Origin: Sphyrna mokarran
Taxonomy: Eukaryota
Direction: 5' to 3'
DNA length: 64,000 nucleotides
Assembly: GCA_024679065.1 (NCBI GenBank)
Contig: JAGIQG010000011.1
Coordinates: forward strand, 41,478,001-41,542,000
The translations under genes and the position numbers were made by a program. Below, in pieces: positions 1-11,318 of this stretch (within the stretch, counting starts at the first letter, position 1; each line of letters begins with the position of its first letter). The notes under the pieces were generated by a model. The model saw only the letters and a list, made by a program, of their open reading frames with translations. It was not told the DNA's origin and ran no database searches.

Positions 1-279
1 GCGTTCTTTTGATAGTTACAGACAATACTTCTTTGCAATCTTGACTAATCATTTAAATGAACATAGGCAGTCATATGAATGCGTGTTTAACTTTCAGCGC
101 ACTTAAGTATAGTTTTGTAAAGAGTGAACAGTTACAGACCCCACATTTTTACTTACTTCTCTAAACACTTAACTATTCTTTATAAAAAGCAGTTCGACCA
201 ATCTCTTTCTGGAGTTCCTCCTGCGTCTAGTTGCCACTAATTCTGCAACTAGATCAGCTGATTTAGACATCTTGGCGGC

Positions 280-318
280 AGGGGTGGGGGGCCGGGGGGG
301 GGGGGGGTGGGGGGGGGG
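280..318 (+). repeat. Poly-G tract
   Basis: About 39 nt, almost entirely G, in several long runs. Confidence 0.85.
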
Positions 319-3300
319 ACAAAAGCTGAAGAATGCACTGTCAGTAAGAGACAGGCTTGCAGAGGTGCAGATTCACTGCAATAGCGTGTGAAAATATTCC
401 CAAATCTATGTGTGCTTCTGAATTTGAAAGGGACGGCATTTTCCTCATATTCACAATCAAAACTTATCTGTTTACTTTGTGTTAGAGAGTCACGAGTCTG
501 GAGCAAAAGGGATAGAAACATTCTGGCAATAGGCGACTAATGATTCGGGGCTAGTAAATATCAGGATTATCCTGTTACTTGGAATTTCTTTTTGCAATAA
601 CCAATTTTATACGCTTCTCTGATTAAACCCTCACTTTTCGCGAGGTTTTTATCTTAAGTCTGTAGCGTATAAGAATGTATGTGTGAGTGTGGGGGAGGGG
701 TGGAGTTGTGGTAGTGATGATATTGATGGTGATGCACTTCGATCTCTAGAGATAAAAGGGGCAGTCTCGAAATTAAATAGCCAGGCAAGTAGCAGGGTTA
801 TTTTGCATTTTGCAACTTGTCAGGAATCCCAGGATTGTCGTTGAACTAACTTCTCTATCGCTTGATTTTTGTGGGAAGTGCGGTTAACCATTCTAAATTT
901 GCAAATAAGGCTGCACCTTAAGGCATCAAGTGTGGGTCATATTCCAAGAATGACAGCCATTGCACTAGACCTACCGTGCTAGCAACTATATTAGCTCTCC
1001 ATTAACTGTTCTGTGAATTGACAAGAGGAAATATGGGGTTGTAAATAAAATATAATGTACGGGGTTTTATACATTAGGGATTCGTATGAAAACACATCTA
1101 TTAGTGACATGTTTTAGAAGGTTAACGTAAGTGACCCAATACCACAAATGCAGTCATACATGACAATAATTTAAGCACACATAGCATACTCAGCTGAGCC
1201 AAGATTTCTGGTGCCCTTGAAACGTTTTACCCTCTTTAACGAGCAGTAACGAGGGATCGCAGTTAGACGCCAGATTTCTCGAAGGTTAGTCATACAGGAG
1301 GTTTCGTCTGTGGTGTGATTAGACTGGTGTGTGATTCGCTTTTGCATTTGTCCGCTTTGGCAGCGGTTGCTGGAGGGATCCCAGCTGGCCCGAGCTTGCT
1401 TTAAAGGAGGAGGAACTGCTGTCGAGGGAAAAGTGCAGATTTCATGATTGATGAACTCTTAACAATACCCCACTGACAGCTATGCATCCAGACAGAGCTG
1501 CAAGTCTTTCAGCAGAACTCCTTATGTGTTAGTGCGTTGTTTCAAATTCCAAATTAGCCTTCCTTTTTATTTACAATTGCACGTTTAGAGCCATTATTTT
1601 TGCAGAACAAACGGAAATATTAGCTGTAAATATAGCAGACAGTTGCCCAACATAAAAATGAAATATAATGACTGATTTTGCCGTCACGTGATCCTTTACT
1701 CACGAGTTCGTGTAGAGCTGCTGTTTATTACTGGGAACATGAAAAAATAAAACTCGCCCTATTTTAGGACGGGATGCTTCTTTTCTTTTGGAAAACGTAC
1801 AGTGTGTTGTAATGTTGGTGGAAGTATAAACTTCATAATTTATGTAAGGTCAAAATGTCACTTGTTACTGCGATTGAGTTTTGCTGGCATGACCTCGCTA
1901 TAGTGGAACCATCACACAACACATGCATGAAGAAAAAACTAAATGAGCGTATAACTAATTAGACTGGCCTTCGTACGTAGAGGGAACGCTGTATGAAATC
2001 CAACTACTGTAAATATGTCTACAGAAAAGTTTTCATCCCATTCTAAAGTGAAATTCGGAATTACTTGCAGAGGTTTAGCAATTTGACTGCACTCGTAATT
2101 CTTAAGATTCATAATGAACGAATATTCGGAACTGACTGCATTTACGACATCTTATAAATGTCAGAATCTAATCACCACATTCCCTTTGGAACTTCAGTCT
2201 AATGATAGTTGATACTACAATTTGAAAACGACCTGCATTGATCATTAAACGCATGGTCGTGTCTCACTTGAATAAAGCAGACATTTTAGTTTAGAATGTG
2301 CACGCACTCTATTTTTTTCTGGAAATTATATACACGAAAGTAAGAATGTCAAAAAATTAAATATTTATTGGACATTACAAATGTGGACAGTTGGCGTTTG
2401 GAAGCACATCCTCCTTGTCTGAGACAACCTATCTGGTTTGTTAACAAACATGGGTTGGTTCAGGATTCCCCTTCTGAAACAGAAAGATAAATTGCACCTT
2501 GCCTTCGAAGTAACTGGTGAATTTCTAGCTTAGATTGTGATGCATGTTGTTTCTCCTCAATAGCATGCTCAATAGATTTAATCGCTGAAGTTGATAGATA
2601 CTGCAAGTGTATGTTTTTAAAAATACAGAAACTTTCAGATTAAATTTCTGGCAATTGTTCGACAGGACAGATCTTATTCAGCAGTTACTTATTACATGGG
2701 ACTATATCCCCTTGCTATATTAATTCTTTACTCATTCGGATTGTTTTGGGTGGAGAAATGCTTGTCATTTTAAAATATCAATATGACTCCCACCAGCAAC
2801 CATGTTTTAAATATATTTAGGCAAGTTGGATGTGCGTTATTTGACGGAGAATGTTACACAGACATCCTACTTAAAGATAATGAAATAGTGTTGGGTGTTA
2901 ACCATATTCGTTTTTAAAGCCACAAAATCACGATAAACTATTGTGAACCTCTGAGCGAAATCCAAAAGGGAATAAAGTCCTAAACAACGTGTTTCAATCG
3001 ACTATTATTTCTTCATCTTCCACAATTTCTGATTTGGTTATGATATTGCATCTTCCTGTTTGGAATGCTAGAAGTTTAGTATCTTGTCGAGTTCTTGTCT
3101 ATTCCGTCTCTCCTAAATAGGATATCAATGCATTGATTTATTCAACTCCCCATTTGGTCTCGTCAACAAAATGGCGTCTTTCATAGGTTGAAACCCCAGC
3201 CGGACTATGGCAATCATCGGTAGCTTATTGTTAGCATCGTTTTTTTTGTAATTCTATCGTAACTGAGTTTGTGAATAAATATCAGCCCAGTTAGCTTCCC

Positions 3301-4044
3301 TTTCGGTTTTCATAGCAGCTCGATAAATATGCGAAGTGACCTTAGTATTTAAATTTGAATTGGGATCCATGCTGTGACTTGAGGAATCTAACTCAACAGA
3401 ACTATATTTTCTTAAAGCATTAAACATTTTAAGGGAGAAACCAGGAAAATGTCCATAACCTATTAGCAATGTATTTTCCATAACAACAATGTTTCGCCTA
3501 CAAATAACTACATCTTAAATATAGGCCATTGGTTTTATTCAGTCACAGCACTGTTATTACTTATCTCATTTGATTGCTGATTATATTTTTGTCTTATTTT
3601 CTAGGATTACCGCTGATTGGAACTTTGGACTAAGGCAGTTCGACTATTAAACTGAGAGAAATCAGCAGTGTCGGGATAGACATATTCACCTCCAATATAT
3701 TCTATTCACCTCTTGCATATTTTCATGTTAATACTTTTTTATTCAAAGTTATTATATAAATTGTCTTTTAAAGATATGTATTTAGTTTTTGAAAATCTGC
3801 AGTTATTTGAAATATTCACCTTATTTAAAATAAAATACTGAAAATACTTTTATTTGTACATTAAATTTGTTCAGAATTTGTTTCCTTTGATTGATGGCAT
3901 AATGCAGACATGAGCAGGAGATCCATAACATCTGGGATCAAGAAGCATGTGCTACATGGCACGATCTTCCAGCCTGTTAATGCGGATATTAGAAATATTA
4001 AGGAAATCAAGAATTCGGTGTGTGCGCGTGAACTGGAAGTCGGT

Positions 4045-4793
4045 CTAAAACTGCAACTGCTGAAAATCGGTGGAGCTAAAATTGTCACTTAAAAAGTCAA
4101 ATACGTTGGATGGAATAACTAATGTGTCCTCGTTTTCCAACAAAGAAAATTGAGGTAATTCTTCTATCAGATCTAGATGTGGCTCGATTGTAATTTTGTC
4201 TAAATCCTCCAAAGATGGGATGCTGAAACTCTCTGGACTGCCAGGACTTGTTCCAGCCGAGCAGTTTTTCAGCATAGGCATCAGGGAGTCAGTTTCATCT
4301 GAGTTCTGGGGAAAGTAATGGCTGCGAGTCCCCTCAGTGCAGATCAGAGAAGTGCCAATAACACTGAACAGGTCGCTGCTGATATCACTCAACACATCTT
4401 GATGAGCGGGATCGCTCATCTCTCCCTCAGCAATCTTTTCGCTCTCTAGCGAACCCAAAGTTTTATTTACAGGTGTCTCAGCAAAACTTCTTGTGGAAAT
4501 TCCACTCTGATTAGTACTGTTAGCATATTGGCGCTTTGAATCAGCGTTTTGGCTTTGTTTGAATCGAGTTTGTCTTTTGTGCTTCATGCGCCTGTTCTGA
4601 AACCAGACTTTGACTTGCCTTTCTGTCAAATCGAGCAGAGCCGCAATTTCTACCCTCCGAGGTCTGCAGAGGTAACGGTTGTAATGAAACTCCTTTTCCA
4701 GCTCCAACAGCTGAGTATTTGTGTAAGTGGTTCGTAGTCTCCTGGAGCTGTCAAAAGGACTCCCGTTGTCCGGTTCATTAAGCTCTTCGTTCT
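4045..4793 (-). CDS. hoxd2: HoxD2 exon 2 (homeobox); spliced protein 364 aa
   Basis: Acceptor TTCCCTCTTTACAACAG|AG at 4794/4793 is in phase with exon 1. PG2 homeodomain [61 protein letters not shown]-terminus DFQQLQF resembles the Hox2 end. Stop at 4045. Confidence 0.93.
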
Positions 4794-5179
4794 CTGTTGT
4801 AAAGAGGGAAAAGTTTGGATAAGTTATCACAAATCTTTCCAAATATAATCCAGCAACATAAAATGGCTGCCTCCGAGACACAAAAGGTTCCAGCAGAAAA
4901 TGGCCCAGCAGAGCAGCAGAAAGATAATCCAGCTGTCTGCAATTGGGTTGTGTGCAGGTTACTGATACCTACAGATTACGAGGAGTGTCCTAGACTTTAG
5001 TAGCCACAATTTACGTTTTGGATATTGCTGGCATGTGAGCGTTTTGCAGGTCTGACAGCTTTCAATCTATGGAACATGTTATTGCTTCAAAATTGAATCC
5101 CTTAAGAAAATAGTCTCTGTACACCTTATATGACACACACAAAAAAACTAATAGTAAAGGAAAATATTATTGACCTGAC

Positions 5180-5525
5180 CTTCGTTAGAAGAACAAGATG
5201 AGAATGATCCCGTCGCTGGCACATTTTTTTTCTTGTGGCTTTTCTTTTCTCTCATCCACGGATATTCCAGAGGTTTGTCTCCTAACGTGGCCCGACCAAT
5301 GCCTTTTGAAGTGTGGGTTTTCCCATTTTGGTTTGTGTTACCATGGTCCAAGCTGCCGAAGCTCTGCTCAAAAGGAGGAGGAATCAGTGTCGAATGTGAA
5401 AGCGTCGAGTTCTTGATTGATGAACTTTGAAATGTCTCGCCAACAGGAGGAAAGGATGTCAGGCACTCGGCAAGCGATGGCTCACTATTGATAAAACCAA
5501 CCTCTCTCTCAAACTCGTTGTTCAT
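5180..5525 (-). CDS. hoxd2: HoxD2 exon 1
   Basis: ATG at 5525. Paralog-group-2 N-terminus MNNEFEREVGFINSEPSLAECLTSFPPV and hexapeptide EYPWM. Phase-1 donor GAAG|GTCAGG at 5180/5179. Assigned to the D cluster from its neighbours (D3, D4, miR-10b, D8, D9, D10). Confidence 0.92.
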
Positions 5526-5619
5526 TTCTGCCCGGGCAGAATCGTTTAGAAAATTGCTTATTTGATAGTTACCTTGAAAATATATATTTATAAAATGTAC
5601 TGATTACAAACGCTAAGGG

Positions 5620-5715
5620 ACTGTGCTATTATTAAACTATGTCTATTGAATACACAGACACGACGTTGAGATGAGGCTGATTTTATCGTCACATGATCGC
5701 CTTAACCAATGACAA
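5620..5715 (-). promoter_or_regulatory. HoxD2 proximal promoter and conserved Hox2 leader
   Basis: CACATG (5690-5695)-N10-CCAAT (5706-5710). Leader GTTTAATAATAGCACAGTCCC is similar to the HoxA2 5' UTR. Confidence 0.55.
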
Positions 5716-8639
5716 GAGTGGAAAATAAGACTGGCTTTCTGAATGATTCTGAAATAAAATATATAAAGATGTAGGTAGCGTTTTCCTGCCTTCTCCGGGC
5801 CATGTTATTATGTAAGGCAGTGCAGTCATTCCTAGAAAGTAGAAAGTGTACAGTAAGTACTATTACAAAACATCCTGCATATCATAGTGGGTGGTTGTTT
5901 TGCTGAGAAGAAAAGAACACTCAAGTCTAGATTTCTGCCTACAAATGTGTAGCGTGGAGCAATAAGCGACAAATCAATTAATCTTCGGAACTGTGACAAT
6001 CATCGCAAGGCTCTTCAGTGTAGAAGAATGAACACAAGCTGTGGCTAAAGCAGCACCCTGGACAGTAGGAGCTGGCGGTGAGGCCCAATGCCAAATAGGA
6101 CAGGATCATTTGCAGACACTCACTGCATTTTACCATGAATATAAACAGATACTGTAAACACTTTCAACCCTCCCCCTCCTAAGGCTACCAGAAATAGTTT
6201 GAAATGTACAATTTATTCGATATCTTTACATTCTGAACAAGTATAATCTAACTTTCTCCATCTGGATTAGCACGCCCTGTTTACAAATGATTCTTTGTTC
6301 ACATGTTGTTTGTTGATCTCATAAGCACCCACAAGCCAATTACTTAAATATTTCTGAAGGAATGTTTCGCGGATTCTCCTTGATTTCAGATTTGTGATTT
6401 ATGAACTTTATACGCTACACAGCAGCGTTTGTGAGCTATTTGACATTTAAACCTCGAAGTCTGCGCTCTCATAATTTGTTATTGCCAAATTAGCAATCAC
6501 AATATTTGCTAATATTTCTTCTGCTCACATATATACAGAAATGCTTGAGAATAAAAAAAGGTCAAAACGCGTCGTTGCGTTACTTTTTAAAAAATCTCCT
6601 CGGCTAGTGTTTGGTTTCTACCAAATTGTTGTGTGAGTGGGTGCTTTTTCTCCTCCTGTCTGCATCAAAAGACAATATTTTGCATTCTTTGACGTGTGGG
6701 TGGTGTACTAACAAAACAAGGCTGAGGATGTCTTTACGGCGTTGGCGTTAATAATAGGCACGTTTAAAACGACACGCCGAGGAGCTGTGTATAGTGCATA
6801 AGAACTACACTGCATTCATATTTAACACATCCCTGTCTCCAGATATTTTAAGATAAAGTAAAGCAAAGGAGTTTGCTCCGAAGAAGAGCATTTTAAGTGC
6901 TGCACAACTTCTAAAATCATCCACATAAGGTTTGTTAGATTGTTGTCTCCGTCACTCTGTTGGTGTTTTTAGATGTTCTCATCCCAATTTTTTTTTCATT
7001 TAAAATAAAGACATTATTTTTCGAAGGACGGTGATACCTTTGTTGCCAGAAGGCTTTGATCGCTCTTGCTTTATTTGTCAAACAAAATGGCGTCGCATGT
7101 GTCGGTGCTGCGGGCTGCTGCTGTAGAGAGGCAGGAGCTGGTGTCTGGGATCAGCTTCCATTCTCCCAGGCACCTAATACTGAGGCATCCCGAACACCGT
7201 TTGCTGCATAATAACGTTGACGCCTACCTAAGATAACGGCTCTTTTAAATATATTCCTATACTTTTCAGATAATATTAGTGGAAATCTTTACTAAATCCC
7301 TTTATTTGGATTGAAATGCTCTCTGTATATTTTGAAAAATCAAGCGGTTAACTTTTTCCTGAAACATGCATTAATAAAATCGGGACCTAGGCCAGGGCTG
7401 CAAAGTGTTTAGGAAAATCAAAGCAAGTAGTAACTGCCACGTTTAGTTAAAGTAACGAAAACGTATATGCTTGAATTTTATTTTTGTCTTGCTTTATTTA
7501 TCTTATGCTATCTGGCCACATTCTTTCTCGACCTAACCCCCACCCCCTCTTTCCCTTTGTTTCCTTCTTGTTATTTTGTGTGCCCGCCAGCCACTTTAAA
7601 ATTCCATGTGTTATTGCTGAACAAAATACAAAATCGTGGCAATGACTTTGGATATTAATGTAGAATTCCATTGAAACATGCAACATATCGTTTTGCAAAT
7701 GCCCAGTTTAACCCGAAAGCAGCTCGGCTGAACATCTCCACTGTATGGCTGCAGTCAGCTTGTCTTGCATTAATGAGAAGTGAGGAGACAAGATGGCGAA
7801 GCATAAAACCGATATGCTGCATATGTATTTATAAATAAAGGCTACAGCTTTGTTCAAAGAACACATTTTTATTCTAAATATCTGTTGGAATAGTACCAGA
7901 CAATTGAAATAAAGTATTCTTATAGAAATGTGTCATCTATTGTGTATTGTCACATTTTCTCCGATTTACTACAGTCATAACTTACAATTTGCTTTCAGAA
8001 ATAACCCTTACATAATCTACAAACACCAGCCACTGATACAACTGCTCAAAAACTATCCTCTCATCTAGTTTAAACTCAGGTTTACTAAAGAGGAAAATAT
8101 GATTGTAACAGACATGGTTCAAACAGATTAAAGTCAGATTGTAGAAGATCTATAAATCTCACATAAATACATTAAGACGAGGATAAATAAGTGATAGAAA
8201 AATCTTTTTTCTTTTTGACTTAAAATAATAAATACATATCGTTGATGTTCAATTCAGTTCGTTCATAATTGAAAAGTACAGAGCTGAAGTTCTGGGCAGT
8301 AAGACCAGTTACGGACAGAATCCCAACAAAGTGGAGTGTGTAGAATCTCTGGTCTCTAAATTCCACATTAAGAAGGGTTTGCTGAAAACTGGCCCCATGT
8401 GTCTTACCTTCCAAAGCACCTATCTCAAGCAATTGTTCCTCTATTTGCATTCTGCGTTACGCCAGGATCTTACGGAATGAGCTGATTGTAGACCCTTAAA
8501 TGAACACAGAAAAGCAATGCAACAGGTAGAAAATGAATGGTGGACAAATACTGCGGCAGTCTCATAGCAGGAGAATATTTGATACAAATGAGGTAATAAA
8601 AAAGCGAAGTGATATCGCTTGGCAAGCCGTGCTAGTCCG

Positions 8640-9388
8640 TTACAGATGCGTTAATTTGGGCGCTTCTTGAATTCTTCCCTGAGATGTGTGATGAGGAGTC
8701 AGGTCTGTATATGTAGGATGGGGATCACAAGGTCCATGATGGTGATTGCCTGGTATTTGAGCAGCGCAGCTATAGTCCACAGTGGCTGATGAAGGATGAG
8801 GAAGATGACTAAGGTTAAACATCGGACCAGAAGCTGGCATTGAATCAACAAAGTTCCCTCCAACATACACAGGGCTGCCCTGCAAGTTGTGATTGGTAAA
8901 ACTACCATTGCCCTGCATAGTGTGATGGTCGTACTCTGTGCCCGGGTACCTTTTCTGCTGGGGTAAACAGCTGTTATGAGGTGCAGTGTAAGCAGCTAAG
9001 CCGTACATACTTTGCTGGGATTTTGTGTAAGATGTTGGTGAAGGAGCCTCGTAACTCAGACTGTTGACAGTGGGGAGCTGGCTTGAGAATCCAATGTTAC
9101 TTGGCGCTGTCAAAAGTGGACTTCTGTCTGGAGAATGTCCAACAGGGGAGTGCATGATCCCTTTGGACTTTTGATCCTTTTTATATTTCATTCTTCTGTT
9201 CTGGAACCAGATCTTTATCTGGCGTTCAGTTAGGTTTAATAAATTGGCCATCTCAACTCGCCGAGGACGGCACAGATAACGATTAAAGTGAAATTCCTTT
9301 TCCAGTTCGACCAGCTGAGCGCTGGTATAGGCTGTACGGACTCTCTTGGAAGACGGACCGGGTGGGCTTTTATCCTCACAATTGTCAC
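8640..9388 (-). CDS. hoxd3: HoxD3 coding exon 2 (homeobox); spliced protein 410 aa
   Basis: Acceptor TTTTGCAG|GT at 9389/9388. Reads [33 protein letters not shown], the HoxD3-type KRVRTAY arm. Ends [12 protein letters not shown], stop at 8640. Confidence 0.95.
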
Positions 9389-9654
9389 CTGCAAAATGAA
9401 AACATTATATTGGTTCCATACATAAATGTGCAACCCAGCTTAGAAACCCCGGCGCGTCATAACCCACACACTGATCTAGGAAAATAGCTACAAACTGTGT
9501 CTAACTATTTCATCCACCGCTTCCCAATTTTCAACCTAATGCAATGGCCAAAATTAACCATCTGAAGGGTAATATTTTGATGCCATACAAAGGTGGGTTA
9601 ATAGTTGCTTTAAAATTAAAGTAAATCTTTGGGGGACTGGCCGAATGAATACTT

Positions 9655-9744
9655 GGGTTTTCGGGGGTTAGGCCTTCAGTGAGATTGTTGTTGGTGCAGG
9701 CTCGATGGATCGAATGGCCTCATTCTGCACTGCAGGGATTCTAT
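9655..9744 (+). mobile_element. HE1-type shark SINE / HER1 (CR1) 3' tail fragment
   Basis: GGTGCAGGCTCGATGGATCGAATGGCCTCATTCTGCACTGCAGGGATTCTAT matches the recalled elasmobranch HE1/HER1 3' end. Confidence 0.7.
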
Positions 9745-9767
9745 CAATTGACGTCTTATGTAAATTG

Positions 9768-9838
9768 TTCAGTTGACTGTTAAGTACTTTGGGCCGTCTT
9801 GGGGACGTGAAAGGCGCTAGGTAAATGTAAGTTTTTTT
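9768..9838 (+). mobile_element. Shark DeuSINE (SacSINE1-like) 3' tail fragment
   Basis: AAGTACTTTGGGCCGTCTTGGGGACGTGAAAGGCGCTAGGTAAATGTAAGT plus T run resembles the recalled ...CTTTGGGACGTCC...GTGAAAGGCGCTATATAAATGCAAGT tail. Confidence 0.6.
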
Positions 9839-10834
9839 GGCATTTGCGGTAAATACTATTTGCCGAATCACGAGGTTATCTATTCACTGACTCCTTCGGA
9901 GTTTCCAGCAAAAAAGTTCAGTAACGTCATAAACGAACAATTTCATATGGAATCATTTTAAATAAAAACATTTATCTCGAAATATTTACCTATAATTTAG
10001 AATGTAACAATTGTGCCATGTTGTTTCCCAAATTGCAATTCAATTGGTATGAGGGGGTCCCTACTTAAAAGTGGTGAACAAATTCATTCCGAAGAAAATT
10101 TTTTTTAATATGAGTAGTTGGAAAGTCCAACGCTTGATATTATGTTATCATGCAATGCAATGATTATTTGACTCGATGTGTATTTTTGTTTAGTGTGCAA
10201 GTTGAACGGGTGTTTAGTTATTCTTATCTGGAATACAGTTGTGCTGGCTGCTAGTACCCACGAGAACACAACGAGAAGATAAAACATGTTCCCATTAGAA
10301 GTATTTCTATCATGTACCATACTTGGATCATATGAACTCGAACATCTGCATTTCCAAGCAATGTGAATGAGCAGAAAAATAAAATGAGATATAATCAACT
10401 TAAATTATATGTAAAGGAGATATAAACACATTCTTGAAATAATTCTACTTTAATAGATTCTGCTCCGTCCACAGAAATAAAATGAGCATCCGAGCCGCCT
10501 GCAAGAATTGCTATATTAGGATTGCACCGTGTGACATTAGGGAATCAGAGAAGGGCCAGCCTATTGTTTCAGACATTCCGTTCTTTCCCTCATCAACCCT
10601 TCCGGAATGTGCCAGTTACTCAAGCAGTCACTTAGGATTCAATGACTTACAAATTACAAAAATGTTTACAAAATGCCCTGAAAAGATGTAATGATCCCTT
10701 TGCTCCCCCCGACATTGGAAAGTCTATTAGAGGGAAATACTTCCAGCTTGGTGTGACAGTTTGGTAAACTTTTCTTCCTAATTGTTAAGATTACTTGTGA
10801 TTTAAAGTTGAAAAAGTGAAGTTCTAAAGGCTAC

Positions 10835-11318
10835 CTGCAACTGGGCAGTTGTTTTTCTGCTTGGCATTTTGGCGAGACTCTTTCATCCAGGGAAAGATTT
10901 GCTTGGTGAGAGTAGCAGCTGGACTGGTAGAAGAATTAGAAATAGACTTGGCTCTTTTCTGTGATGAGGTGTTGCTTGCATTGGGTGAGGGTGGTAAAGG
11001 AGGTGGCTGCTGTGGCTCATTTATGGTTGGGGGTTGGGCAGTGCCCTGGCTGCCACTTGTTCTCATACAGTTGCCATTTATATCTGTAGGCTTATGGTTT
11101 GGGGCTCTGACACCGGATGTCTGAATGGGGCACGTCGAACTTTGATAATCATTTTCAACAGATGCTGGCTGGTAGGCCTGGTGGCTAGAAGTGTAGCTGT
11201 ATGCGTTGGTCTTTTGGTAGGAGTAACCGCCGAATATTCCGGAGTTATCGTAGTAAGTCGCTTTTTGCATCTCGCTATTTCGAAATGATAGGGTCTTAAC
11301 ACCCTTATCGAATAGCAT
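10835..11318 (-). CDS. hoxd3: HoxD3 coding exon 1
   Basis: First ATG at 11318 gives MLFDKGVKTL...MQKATYYDNSGIFGGY, matching the HoxD3-type N-terminal extension; second ATG at 11270. Hexapeptide KQIFPWMKESRQN. Donor GCAG|GTAGCC at 10835/10834. Confidence 0.92.

Noticed and set aside
249-521. 90-aa ORF with poly-proline
   Set aside because: The prolines come from the poly-G tract; no Hox1 motifs, so not HoxD1.
1847-1860. DR2-like AGGTCA-AA-ATGTCA
   Set aside because: Second half-site mismatched; expected by chance.
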